From a virus (Duplodnaviria; Caudoviricetes): a stretch of 35,669 nt of DNA. Position numbers and translations under genes: made by a program. Location: positions 1-35,669 of IMG/VR virus record IMGVR_UViG_3300012667_000587; one strand, written 5' to 3'. This document shows, one piece after another, positions 17,976 through 25,918 of this stretch. How positions within the stretch are numbered: position 1 is the first letter of the stretch; each line of letters starts with the position of its first letter. The notes below the pieces were generated by a model. That model ran no database searches. It saw nothing but the letters and a program-made list of their open reading frames with translations, and had not been told where the DNA came from.

Positions 17976-18039
17976 ACTAAAGTAGTGCTTTAGTCTGACT
18001 AAACTATTGCTTTAGTAACTACTCAAGCAATGCTTTAGT
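17976..18039. repeat. three tandem palindromic iteron-like repeats ACTAAAG-N5-CTTTAGT
   Basis: Copies at 17976-17994 (perfect), 17998-18016 and 18021-18039; period 22-23 bp. Confidence 0.8.
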
Positions 18040-18577
18040 GACCATTGTATATATCTAATACTTCTTTATCTGATAAATCTTCTATAATAGTGTGACTATC
18101 TGGTGCATTTATTAGTAGGTCTATTGGGTTAATAGCCATACGTTGTCCTACTCCGGCATCTATCTGTAGGTATTCTTTTCTGTTCTTACTATTCTCTTTC
18201 CACATAGCATATGGGTTCATGAAATACTGTCCTCTTGATAGCTTGACCATTACACCAGCACGTTGTAGTTCTTTTAGTGCTGAATAGAATGTCTGCTCAC
18301 TTACTGCTACCAGTCCTAGCTGATGGCATATATCTGAATACTGTTTGAGTAGTTCTTTGTTGATAGATACCTGATTGTCCTTAGACATGTTTCTCAATAA
18401 GAAGAATAATATCTGGAAGCTGCTAGCTGTTTTTATACCCATAGATAGGTAAAAGAAGCAGTTATACATTTGGGTGAAATCGAGATCAATCTCTACTGTC
18501 TCTGTTGTTCTGTCTATTGTAATACGTTCTTTCTTTGTGGTTACTCTGGCTGTTCTGTCCATTTTAGTTAGTCTCAT
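18035..18577 (-). CDS. RepL-like winged-helix replication initiator
   Basis: FTQMY, ILFFLL..M...N.V, S.QT.Y.ALKEL...G.MVK..RGQYFMNPY.MWK pattern of RepL-type proteins. Confidence 0.75.
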   Translation of the reverse strand: MRLTKMDRTARVTTKKERITIDRTTETVEIDLDFTQMYNCFFYLSMGIKTASSFQILFFLLRNMSKDNQVSINKELLKQYSDICHQLGLVAVSEQTFYSALKELQRAGVMVKLSRGQYFMNPYAMWKENSKNRKEYLQIDAGVGQRMAINPIDLLINAPDSHTIIEDLSDKEVLDIYNGH

Positions 18578-18587
18578 ATTGTGGTTA

Positions 18588-18650
18588 TGCTTTAGTGCGA
18601 CACAAAGATACTAAAGTATACTAATAGTACAGCTAAAGATGTTCTTTAGT
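18588..18650 (-). promoter_or_regulatory. promoter of the RepL-like gene overlapped by the same palindrome (putative autoregulatory operator)
   Basis: -7 TATCTTTG at 18610-18603; repeats at 18610-18628 (partial) and 18632-18650; half-site at 18588-18596. Confidence 0.65.
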
Positions 18651-18702
18651 TTGTGGTTATATTCTACTGATACCCCGAAATCGAGTACCTATACAATGGA
18701 CT

Positions 18703-18741
18703 AAAAAAGAACAGCCTAACACCATTTACGGTATTAGGCTG
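18703..18741 (-). terminator. intrinsic terminator
   Basis: CAGCCTAATACCG-TAAA-TGGTGTTAGGCTG then TTCTTTTTT. Confidence 0.85.
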
Positions 18742-18753
18742 CTTTGTTGTTGG

Positions 18754-19362
18754 CTATTTACCAGCCATTAGGGCTGCAGATGCACTCTGTATAGCATTAC
18801 TGTTTGGCTTGTTACTAGCTGCTTTATCAGCTGCTGTGAATGCCTCTAGTTCTGCTTGGTTAGTATGCTCTATACGTACATCATGAGCTGTACCAGTTGG
18901 CTCCCAATAACGGATGTTATAGATGGGCTGATCGTTCACCTTCATAGGTATACCAGCTGTACGTAATGCCTCACTACCAAACTTCAGGTCTTGTAGAGGA
19001 TTAGCTGGATTAGGCGGTGTTAATGTATCTTCTGATACTATCTTACCACCGATGTTCATTCCAGCTTTGTATTGGGCTTGTAATGACGTTGCACGACCTC
19101 TCTGGAGACATGCACGTACTACATCATACTGTACTCCCTTCTGAAACTCTGTAGTTGCACTATACAACTGTATGTAACCAAAGCCCTTATCACCACGAGC
19201 TGTTACAAACTCTCCTGGTATCTGGTGTACACTACCGTCTTCATCTTCCATGAACTCAGGCATTACTATTACTGCACCTGGTTTTCCTTGTTTTGCATAC
19301 TCCAGACTCATTTTCTCTGCGTATGTTCTTTTTGCGTCTCTTACTTTCTGCGAATTTGCCAT
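18754..19362 (-). CDS. Bacteroidota-phage hypothetical protein, apparently monocistronic
   Basis: 202 aa; FGYIQL..GKIV.E..P..QDLK..QPIY..D..I.HTN pattern; own terminator and candidate promoter. Confidence 0.85.
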   Translation of the reverse strand: MANSQKVRDAKRTYAEKMSLEYAKQGKPGAVIVMPEFMEDEDGSVHQIPGEFVTARGDKGFGYIQLYSATTEFQKGVQYDVVRACLQRGRATSLQAQYKAGMNIGGKIVSEDTLTPPNPANPLQDLKFGSEALRTAGIPMKVNDQPIYNIRYWEPTGTAHDVRIEHTNQAELEAFTAADKAASNKPNSNAIQSASAALMAGK

Positions 19363-19398
19363 AATACTTCTGTTTTTGTATTGGATTGTTATAAAAAT

Positions 19399-19475
19399 GG
19401 TTAAGACACATCAGTGTTTCGTCCATTGAGGACATAGTATTGCTACTATCTGGATAAACCAGTCATCAGTTAACC
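19399..19475 (-). ncRNA. type I hammerhead ribozyme with a two-hairpin insertion in the core
   Basis: GGTTAA-CTGATGA-[CTGG TTTAT CCAG][ATAGTA GCAA TACTAT]-GTCC TCAAT GGAC-GAAA-CAC TGAT GTG-TC-TTAACC. Confidence 0.8.
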
Positions 19476-19525
19476 TTGTAATCAGTTATACATTAGTATA
19501 ACACACATATACGCAATAAAGAAGA

Positions 19526-19533
19526 CAAAGGTA
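19526..19533 (-). promoter_or_regulatory. -7 element TACCTTTG upstream of the hammerhead leader
   Basis: TAnnTTTG match in intergenic DNA; no clear -33. Confidence 0.5.
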
Positions 19534-19587
19534 CGTCTTTTTGGACACCTTATATTACGTATTCACTATATGAAGATGTATAACTGC

Positions 19588-19622
19588 AAAAAACCAGCTG
19601 ACTGCATTACACAACCAGCTGG
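19588..19622 (-). terminator. intrinsic terminator
   Basis: CCAGCTGGTTGTG-TAA-TGCAGTCAGCTGG then TTTTTT. Confidence 0.75.
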
Positions 19623-19644
19623 ATAAACACAACACATAATCACA

Positions 19645-19815
19645 CTATCGGAGTTTACCGTCTAACAGAGCACAACAACCTGCTAGACACAAAAAGACAC
19701 CAGCCCATAAGAACGTAGTGCAACTATTAGTGTACACACTATCCAGCATACATGCAGCTGCAACAACAGTGAGTAGGACACATAAGAACAAGAGAACAAT
19801 ATTACGAGTACGCAT
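19645..19815 (-). CDS. small two-TM membrane protein
   Basis: MRTRNIVLLFLCVLL...; start uncertain (TTG 19863 possible). Confidence 0.55.
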   Translation of the reverse strand: MRTRNIVLLFLCVLLTVVAAACMLDSVYTNSCTTFLWAGVFLCLAGCCALLDGKLR

Positions 19816-19877
19816 ATCATTAGATATTAAGAGAGTGAGAGAAAACGAATATACAATATACAACCAAACACTAGGGA

Positions 19878-20099
19878 TTAACCTAGTGCTTGGAGTTTAG
19901 CAATGAGTAATGGTAGTTCAACTCTATATTGGTCGGCAATGCTTACAACATGTGGGAACGTAGCAAGATATGTTTCACGTAACTCAATAGAGTCCATGAG
20001 ATATTCCTTACGACATATGTTCGTAAAATGAGTAAGCGTTTGCTCATCAACATGTGGAGCAAGGAGATTAAGGATGCGAGACACTGTATTAGAGTCCAT
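19878..20099 (-). CDS. hypothetical protein, first gene of the leftward arm
   Basis: 73 aa, ATG preceded by TTTAAAATCGCACAACTC. Confidence 0.65.
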   Translation of the reverse strand: MDSNTVSRILNLLAPHVDEQTLTHFTNICRKEYLMDSIELRETYLATFPHVVSIADQYRVELPLLIAKLQALG

Positions 20100-20130
20100 G
20101 AGTTGTGCGATTTTAAAGTGAATAAAACAT

Positions 20131-20196
20131 TTCGACCCGGGGTACCGAGGCTATCCGTGTGAAGGGGAGTCGGATTTGACATACTCCCACTCACAC
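20131..20196. other. GC-rich island and hairpin at the strand switch
   Basis: CCCGGGGTACC followed by GTGTGA-AG-GGGAGT-N12-ACTCCC-AC-TCACAC (20157-20196). Confidence 0.6.
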
Positions 20197-20225
20197 TTGT
20201 TGTCATAACTTTTATAAAAAAATTT

Positions 20226-20257
20226 TTTGGAAATACCTTACAGTAGCAGTACCTTTA
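20226..20257 (+). promoter_or_regulatory. candidate Bacteroidota sigma-70 promoter
   Basis: TTTG-N20-TACCTTTA (one mismatch); ATG 4 nt later implies a near-leaderless mRNA. Confidence 0.5.
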
Positions 20258-20261
20258 CTCC

Positions 20262-21125
20262 ATGACACAAAAACTAGGAGTATACAGTATAACCTGTAAC
20301 GCAAACGGAAAGGTTTATGTAGGTAGTAGTAAAAAACTAAACCTACGAATAACAGATCATAGGTTTAATATAAAAAGAGGTATCCACAGTAACAAGGACC
20401 TTGAAGAAGACATACAGACATTCGGACCTGATGCTTTTGTTATTACTGTAATAGAAGAACCAGAAGAACATCTTTTGAGAGAACGAGAACTATTCTGGAT
20501 AAAAAGATTGTCTACTAATATCTGTAGCACCGGCTATAATGTAATAAACCCAGTAACCGGAGAGTATTTTTCAGAAGAAGATGCTAATGCTCCTACACAA
20601 AACACTAGGTTTGCTAAAACAGGTAGACCTATCCTTATTCTCACAAAAGAAGGCCAGCTGGTAGACAGTGTTCCTTCTATAGGGTACCTAATAGAAGATG
20701 GTTGGAAAGAGTCTGGACTAAGAAAAGCACTAGACTACTGGAAGACTATAAAAGGAGAGGTACCGGATTGGTGTAGTAAACACTACAAGGGTTACATGTT
20801 TATATACCAGGAGGACTATGATCCGGCTTTTGATTACGTTGGCTATAACAGACCAAGGAAGATAAGAAGTGACAGCAAGATACTAAAAGACCCTAACTAC
20901 GTAAGCAGAAAAGGCACACCAGTAGAGAAAAGAAAAACAGGTAGGAAACAGGTAGAGGTTACAGACACAACAACCAATGCAGCTGTCACATATAGGAGTA
21001 TAGCAGATGCAGCAAAAGCACTCGGTGTTAAAAAGAATAAGCTAGCTGTAGGAATAGCAAAAAGAGGAACATATAAACACTATAAGATAGTATATACCGG
21101 CCTTATTGATGTTATGCAAGAATAA
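20262..21125 (+). CDS. free-standing GIY-YIG homing endonuclease with C-terminal NUMOD1-like HTH
   Basis: GVYSIT..KVYVGSS, R...H, RELFWI, GYN; YRSIADAAKALGV. Confidence 0.9.
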   Translation: MTQKLGVYSITCNANGKVYVGSSKKLNLRITDHRFNIKRGIHSNKDLEEDIQTFGPDAFVITVIEEPEEHLLRERELFWIKRLSTNICSTGYNVINPVTGEYFSEEDANAPTQNTRFAKTGRPILILTKEGQLVDSVPSIGYLIEDGWKESGLRKALDYWKTIKGEVPDWCSKHYKGYMFIYQEDYDPAFDYVGYNRPRKIRSDSKILKDPNYVSRKGTPVEKRKTGRKQVEVTDTTTNAAVTYRSIADAAKALGVKKNKLAVGIAKRGTYKHYKIVYTGLIDVMQE

Positions 21126-21136
21126 TTATACCTTTG
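21106..21136 (+). promoter_or_regulatory. Bacteroidota sigma-70 promoter
   Basis: TTG-N20-TACCTTTG. Confidence 0.6.
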
Positions 21137-21181
21137 TTACTCACTAACATCTACCGGTGTAAAGACGAACCGGATTATACA

Positions 21182-21892
21182 ATGACTAATACACAGAGTT
21201 TTGCTGCAAGAGAGTTAGACATACTCTCTAAGACATGGGATAGAAGTAATCCAGATGAGGAACCAGTTATACTAGAGTTCACTCCTGAGATACTAGCACT
21301 ATGTGAGAGGTTTGGTAAAAGTGGTCAATCTGGTGGATCTGCTTCTTTTGTTGCTGGTGCTATATGTAAAGGGCTAAAGGATCTACTATTACAAGATCCT
21401 ATTTCTCCTATTAGTGGAATAGAAGAAGAGTGGGTAGTGGTGCTTCATCGACAGAACATGGATCTTGAAGAAATACCTACATACCAAAATACTAGATGTA
21501 GTGCATTATTTAAAAGCACAGAATGTTACGAGGGTATTCCCTGGTATCTAGATGCTATAGTATGGAAAGGGGATACTGAAGGAGAGGCTGGTAATGACTG
21601 GGATACATTCACTGGTACTGTAGAAGGAATCAGTAGTACGCAGCTTATTAAAGGGTTTCCGTTTACTCCTAAGACGTTTTATATAGATGTTACTAGAGAA
21701 GAACTACCAGCTGACTACACTGAAGAGCCCTTTTACGAACTAGAGTACTATGAACAGAGAGTATACAGAGATCAGAGAGTACAAAAAACACCTAATGTAA
21801 TAGAATGGAAAAAAGAAAAATACCGATACGTAATAAAAGACCCTAAGCAACTAGAAAGAGTATGGAAATACTATAAACAACCAACCCAGTAA
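21182..21892 (+). CDS. hypothetical phage protein
   Basis: Start moved to ATG 21182 (TTG 21134 lies in the -7 box); ARELDIL, GQSGGSA, PISG.EEEW, YQN.RCS.LFK, FPFTPKT. Confidence 0.85.
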   Translation: MTNTQSFAARELDILSKTWDRSNPDEEPVILEFTPEILALCERFGKSGQSGGSASFVAGAICKGLKDLLLQDPISPISGIEEEWVVVLHRQNMDLEEIPTYQNTRCSALFKSTECYEGIPWYLDAIVWKGDTEGEAGNDWDTFTGTVEGISSTQLIKGFPFTPKTFYIDVTREELPADYTEEPFYELEYYEQRVYRDQRVQKTPNVIEWKKEKYRYVIKDPKQLERVWKYYKQPTQ

Positions 21893-21893
21893 C

Positions 21894-22259
21894 ATGCCAA
21901 CAGCTGAAACACGTATACCGTTACCACTAGCAGACCTATCCTACAGAAGAGTAGAGTCTGTAAAAGAATGTTGTGTAGTACTATATCCAGAACACCTAGA
22001 GTACAAGATAATAGCTAGGTATGAGCAGCTGGACGAAGATACCGATACATGGGAAGAAAAGAGTGCTAACTATCGGTGGACCAGAAAAAGATCTAGTATG
22101 GCTGAGGTTAATATGCTGTATTGTAATGTAGAAAAGATGTATGTAGTAGGTATAGATGTACTAGGGGCTGATAGTAACTGCTGGCATTGGTCAGACCCAC
22201 TAGTAGCACTAGCTGTCTATAACCAGCTGAAAGATTATATGTTACGAGGACTATTGTAA
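21894..22259 (+). CDS. hypothetical protein
   Basis: 121 aa, adjacent to upstream stop. Confidence 0.75.
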   Translation: MPTAETRIPLPLADLSYRRVESVKECCVVLYPEHLEYKIIARYEQLDEDTDTWEEKSANYRWTRKRSSMAEVNMLYCNVEKMYVVGIDVLGADSNCWHWSDPLVALAVYNQLKDYMLRGLL

Positions 22260-22280
22260 ACAAACAAAAAACAATAAACA

Positions 22281-22529
22281 ATGGAAAAAGAAACAACAAA
22301 ACTAGTAAGAGAAACTATACTAGAAGATGGTACAGCTATGTCTATATTTACTGACACAGCAACAGAATATAGTAAAACAGGTACAGTTTATATAGTAGTA
22401 AAAGATCCTTATCATTTTCCTACTAATATTGCTCTACCTAATACATTAGAAACAGCTCTAGAGCTTTTACACATATCTACTATTTTATTAAAAACTAACT
22501 CAGCCACAAAAACAGAAAACAAACAATGA
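22281..22529 (+). CDS. hypothetical protein
   Basis: 82 aa, A-rich leader. Confidence 0.65.
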   Translation: MEKETTKLVRETILEDGTAMSIFTDTATEYSKTGTVYIVVKDPYHFPTNIALPNTLETALELLHISTILLKTNSATKTENKQ

Positions 22530-22696
22530 CAACAACACAATGTGTATTAGCAGTTTACTACATCGTGGGGTATGTAGTAATAGGTATAATGGGTTATAGA
22601 TTACTAAAAGGAATTGCAGAAGATAGTAAAGCTTCAGAAAAATGGTGGAAAGAGGAAGAAGAAAGAGAAAAAAGAAGAAACCGAAGCCGTTGGTAA
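22526..22696 (+). CDS. small membrane protein (56 aa, not in ORF track)
   Basis: MTTTQCVLAVYYIVGYVVIGIMGYRLLKG...RNRSRW; ATGA overlap. Confidence 0.6.
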   Translation: MTTTQCVLAVYYIVGYVVIGIMGYRLLKGIAEDSKASEKWWKEEEEREKRRNRSRW

Positions 22697-22740
22697 AATA
22701 ATCACTATCTTTGTACCACATTCGTGTATTCATATATTTT

Positions 22741-22774
22741 CCTCCGGCTATTCCTAGTTGGAGGTTTTCTTTTT
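22741..22774 (+). terminator. intrinsic terminator between convergent genes
   Basis: CCTCCGGCTA-TTCC-TAGTTGGAGG then TTTTCTTTT. Confidence 0.8.
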
Positions 22775-23414
22775 ATAGTCTCTCTATACCATACTCTATC
22801 ATCAGCTTCTCTATTACAGCCGGCATTCTATAGAAATGAGTACGGTCATATCGTATCATACGTAGGCCAGCTGTACTACAGAATCTATTCTTGGCTGCAT
22901 CAGCTGTCTTTCTCTTCTCAGTAGCATGAGAACTAACACCATCATATTCTATAACCAGGCCCAGAGCAGGAAGATAGAAATCGTACCGGTAATAACCATA
23001 ATCACTACTCTTATTATCTGCAAACTCCACCTCTCTATACCACTCTACCCTATACAAAGACAGCTGGTTAATAATCTGCCACTCTGCAGCTGACGGTTGT
23101 GGTAGGTCTTTTCGAGTACACTCTCTATAGGCTAGCTGTTTCTTTTCTATCTTCTTCTCTTTAACGACTACCGGCTTACGTACAGCTGCCTGTTTTACTG
23201 GGATAGCTACAACAGGTTCTGGTACCGCAGTACTCTTCTCTATCTTACCAAACTCTTCACACCACGTTTTCCATAGAAGGTCATCTTTTCTCTTAAACTC
23301 TGCCTGTGTAATACCTCTTTCATATAGATAGTACTCATGGGAGCTTTTACTGTGTGACAGACTATATAAAAACAGGTCTATTCTTCTTATCAGCTTTTCT
23401 ATAACATTCTTCAT
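22773..23414 (-). CDS. DUF559 / Vsr-like endonuclease domain protein
   Basis: SAAE..I...L, YRYDFYL, LVIEYDG..H, D..KN.FC...G..MIR; start moved to ATG 23414. Confidence 0.82.
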   Translation of the reverse strand: MKNVIEKLIRRIDLFLYSLSHSKSSHEYYLYERGITQAEFKRKDDLLWKTWCEEFGKIEKSTAVPEPVVAIPVKQAAVRKPVVVKEKKIEKKQLAYRECTRKDLPQPSAAEWQIINQLSLYRVEWYREVEFADNKSSDYGYYRYDFYLPALGLVIEYDGVSSHATEKRKTADAAKNRFCSTAGLRMIRYDRTHFYRMPAVIEKLMIEYGIERL

Positions 23415-23420
23415 GTAATA

Positions 23421-23470
23421 CAAAGATAGAAAAATATTTTTGGTTTATAACAAACAACATTATACATTTG
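23421..23470. promoter_or_regulatory. overlapping divergent Bacteroidota promoters
   Basis: Plus: TTTG(23439-42)-N20-TACATTTG(23463-70). Minus: TTTG(23454-51)-N22-TATCTTTG(23428-21). Confidence 0.7.
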
Positions 23471-23492
23471 CTTTATTATAAAACTAAAAACA

Positions 23493-23891
23493 ATGTCTAT
23501 ACCAGTAGAAAAAGATTTCAAGAAAAAGTTTACTGAAACTCCTGAGCAGATTACACCAGAGGAGTTTGCAGAGATAAAAAAAAGAATGGACGAAGAGACA
23601 GATAAGATGGAGGCTGACCTTCGTTTTATGCGTATTCGTAAAGAGTACTATGAGCTATCTGCTCTTCTTGGTATGATCAATGTGAAGAACGTACCAGGAT
23701 TACTAGGATGGGAACTACAGAAGCGTTTCATAGAGTCTGTAGGATATGTATCTCAATATGAGATGGGACAGTTGGCTGCTAAAAAAGAGGCTGAAGAAAA
23801 AGAAACAGAGGCAGCTGGTACAACTACTAAGAAAGACAACAAAAAAGAAGGTAAAAAATCCCCGATCATAACTGACGGACAGATGGCATAA
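23493..23891 (+). CDS. hypothetical charged helical protein
   Basis: First gene after promoter. Confidence 0.75.
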   Translation: MSIPVEKDFKKKFTETPEQITPEEFAEIKKRMDEETDKMEADLRFMRIRKEYYELSALLGMINVKNVPGLLGWELQKRFIESVGYVSQYEMGQLAAKKEAEEKETEAAGTTTKKDNKKEGKKSPIITDGQMA

Positions 23892-23892
23892 T

Positions 23893-24255
23893 ATGGCACA
23901 GGTAAACGTATGGAACCAAATAGTGAGAATGGAGCTGGATGAGATAATCCGGTTCCAACTCTCTATGCACTGCACGTTCAACAGTATACATATAACAACC
24001 GGTGAGCTAGACGTGCTAGTAGACATAACAAAAGCCGGTGACAGAGAGCTTAATATGTTATGCAAGGATATGGTTAAGACCAACAGGTTCTCTTCTCAAC
24101 AGTCTATTCGTAACACTATAGACTCACTAGAGGCTAAAAAGCTGATACTAAAGACTAAGAAGAATAGTACTAGGAAGAGAGTACTACTGGCTCCTAACAT
24201 CAAGATACATACAGCTGCTCCTATTTTAGTCGATATAAAAATATTATGCAACTAA
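23893..24255 (+). CDS. putative winged-helix DNA-binding protein
   Basis: ITTGELDVL...S.QSIRNTIDSLEAKKLI.K pattern. Confidence 0.65.
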   Translation: MAQVNVWNQIVRMELDEIIRFQLSMHCTFNSIHITTGELDVLVDITKAGDRELNMLCKDMVKTNRFSSQQSIRNTIDSLEAKKLILKTKKNSTRKRVLLAPNIKIHTAAPILVDIKILCN

Positions 24256-24644
24256 AAGACCTTGTTAAACAGTTTGCTGCGGATAACAATATACCAGAAG
24301 AAGATGCACTGAGTATAGTAATAGGAATGTATAGTAGTATCAAGATCTCTATGAACCGGCTGGAGCACCTGAGAATAAAGGTGCCGGGACTAGGAGTATT
24401 TAGTATGAAACACTGGAAAGCGCAAAAGGAGCTAGACTCACTCATTAAGAGACGTAACAAGGTAGGAACAGAACACAAACACTGGTACAATAAGGGAATA
24501 GAACTAATGACTAAAGCAGCTACTATGGCTGCAGAAGAAGAAGAGAGAATAAAAGCATTCAAGATAATAAAAAAACAATACAAAGATGAGCACCTGGATA
24601 GAGAAGCTGAAAACGGCTTGGAGATTGAGAAAAGAGATAGCTGA
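24246..24644 (+). CDS. HU/IHF-like DNA-binding protein
   Basis: LKDLVKQFA...I....A..IV and RIKVPGLGVFSMK. Confidence 0.7.
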   Translation: MQLKDLVKQFAADNNIPEEDALSIVIGMYSSIKISMNRLEHLRIKVPGLGVFSMKHWKAQKELDSLIKRRNKVGTEHKHWYNKGIELMTKAATMAAEEEERIKAFKIIKKQYKDEHLDREAENGLEIEKRDS

Positions 24645-24939
24645 AGGCTTTCTCAATGTGTATACATCGCATAGTGAGGACATACAGAAGACCATAGACG
24701 AGAGAGTGGCTATATGCCAGAGTAACGTATGCGGTCATTATGATGCAGCTGGTACTGGAGATAATGTGTTCCTAAAAGGACAACCGGCATGTGGGCTATG
24801 TGGCTGTAATGTACCAGCTAAACCCTCATGCCTATCTTGTACATGTACACTCAGAGACATTGGTAAGATACCACTATGGGAAGCAGTACTAACACCAGAA
24901 CAAGAAAAAGAACTAGATAACGTAACAAAAAAAGATTAA
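24586..24939 (+). CDS. Cys-rich putative Zn-binding protein
   Basis: ER.AIC...C and CGLCGC...K..C..C.C. Confidence 0.75.
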   Translation: MSTWIEKLKTAWRLRKEIAEGFLNVYTSHSEDIQKTIDERVAICQSNVCGHYDAAGTGDNVFLKGQPACGLCGCNVPAKPSCLSCTCTLRDIGKIPLWEAVLTPEQEKELDNVTKKD

Positions 24940-25733
24940 TGGTAACATTCACCGAAGCCGGCCACCTGTACACAGACAAGGATAACAACAAGCTTATCAG
25001 TGCTACTACTATTATACACGCACTACATGAGGAGTTTGATGCACCTACTACAGCTAAAAAGAACAGCACTAAGAAGAGTAGTAAATGGTACGGCAAACAC
25101 CCTGATGATATTGTAGCTGCTTGGAATGCTGAGGCAGAAAGAGCATCGTCCCTAGGAACATGGTATCACTCCATAAGAGAACAGCAGCTGTACAGTTTAC
25201 CGAACGTAGTGGTTCCTAATATAGTAGACGGTGTAAAACATGCATTATCTCAGAAACTAGAGAACGGTAAGATATACCCTGAGTTCCTCTGCTATCTATT
25301 GTCAGCTGGTATATGTGGTCAGGTAGACTATCTAGAGGTACGTGACAATAGAGTGATTATCAGAGATTACAAGACCAGTAAGAAGATAGACATGAAAGGC
25401 TATACTAACTGGGAAGGTATCACTAAGATGATGCATGGTCCAGTAGCACACCTAGACGACTGTGAGTTCTACAGATATGCTATACAGCTGTCACTGTACA
25501 TGTACATCATACTACGGCACAATCCACTACTAGAACCAGGGGATATGATCATAGAGCATATCTCTTTTATACAGGCTGGTGAAGATCAACATGGTTATCC
25601 TATATATGCTACTAACGAGTTTGGAGATTTCCTAGTAAAAGAGATAAAAGAGATACCAGTACCTTACCTAAAGACTGAGGTTATCAATATCCTTACATGG
25701 TTAAAGAATAACACAAAAAAACTGAAAAAATGA
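24939..25733 (+). CDS. PD-(D/E)XK nuclease
   Basis: H.Y, S.TT, GTWYH, PE, ICGQVD, IRDYKT, Y.IQLSLY. Confidence 0.9.
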   Translation: MVTFTEAGHLYTDKDNNKLISATTIIHALHEEFDAPTTAKKNSTKKSSKWYGKHPDDIVAAWNAEAERASSLGTWYHSIREQQLYSLPNVVVPNIVDGVKHALSQKLENGKIYPEFLCYLLSAGICGQVDYLEVRDNRVIIRDYKTSKKIDMKGYTNWEGITKMMHGPVAHLDDCEFYRYAIQLSLYMYIILRHNPLLEPGDMIIEHISFIQAGEDQHGYPIYATNEFGDFLVKEIKEIPVPYLKTEVINILTWLKNNTKKLKK

Positions 25734-25918
25734 TAGACCCAGAAGAAAAACTAGAGTATCTAAAAGAGTATATGGATATGTATGTCGAGCAGATTACCTT
25801 TCAATATAAAACCCTCCAAGATTTCTTTCTTATCATGAAACTAGGTATACTGCCATTGAGTAATCAACCTTTTATACCTTATTTTTCTTTTGAGGACTAT
25901 ATAAAAACTAAGATATGA
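25730..25918 (+). CDS. hypothetical protein
   Basis: ATGA overlaps at both ends. Confidence 0.6.
   Translation: MIDPEEKLEYLKEYMDMYVEQITFQYKTLQDFFLIMKLGILPLSNQPFIPYFSFEDYIKTKI

Noticed and set aside
20262-21125. Group I intron around the GIY-YIG gene
   Set aside because: No interrupted host gene or intron core in the short flanks
22706-22774. Small RNA from TATCTTTG (22706-22713) to the terminator
   Set aside because: No correctly spaced -33 element; the terminator is already explained by upstream genes
22773-23414. Vsr-type very-short-patch repair as the cause of CAGCTG enrichment
   Set aside because: The predicted depletion of T-variants is not seen (CAGTTG/CAACTG about 14 by eye, near expectation; TAGCTG common), and no methyltransferase gene is adjacent
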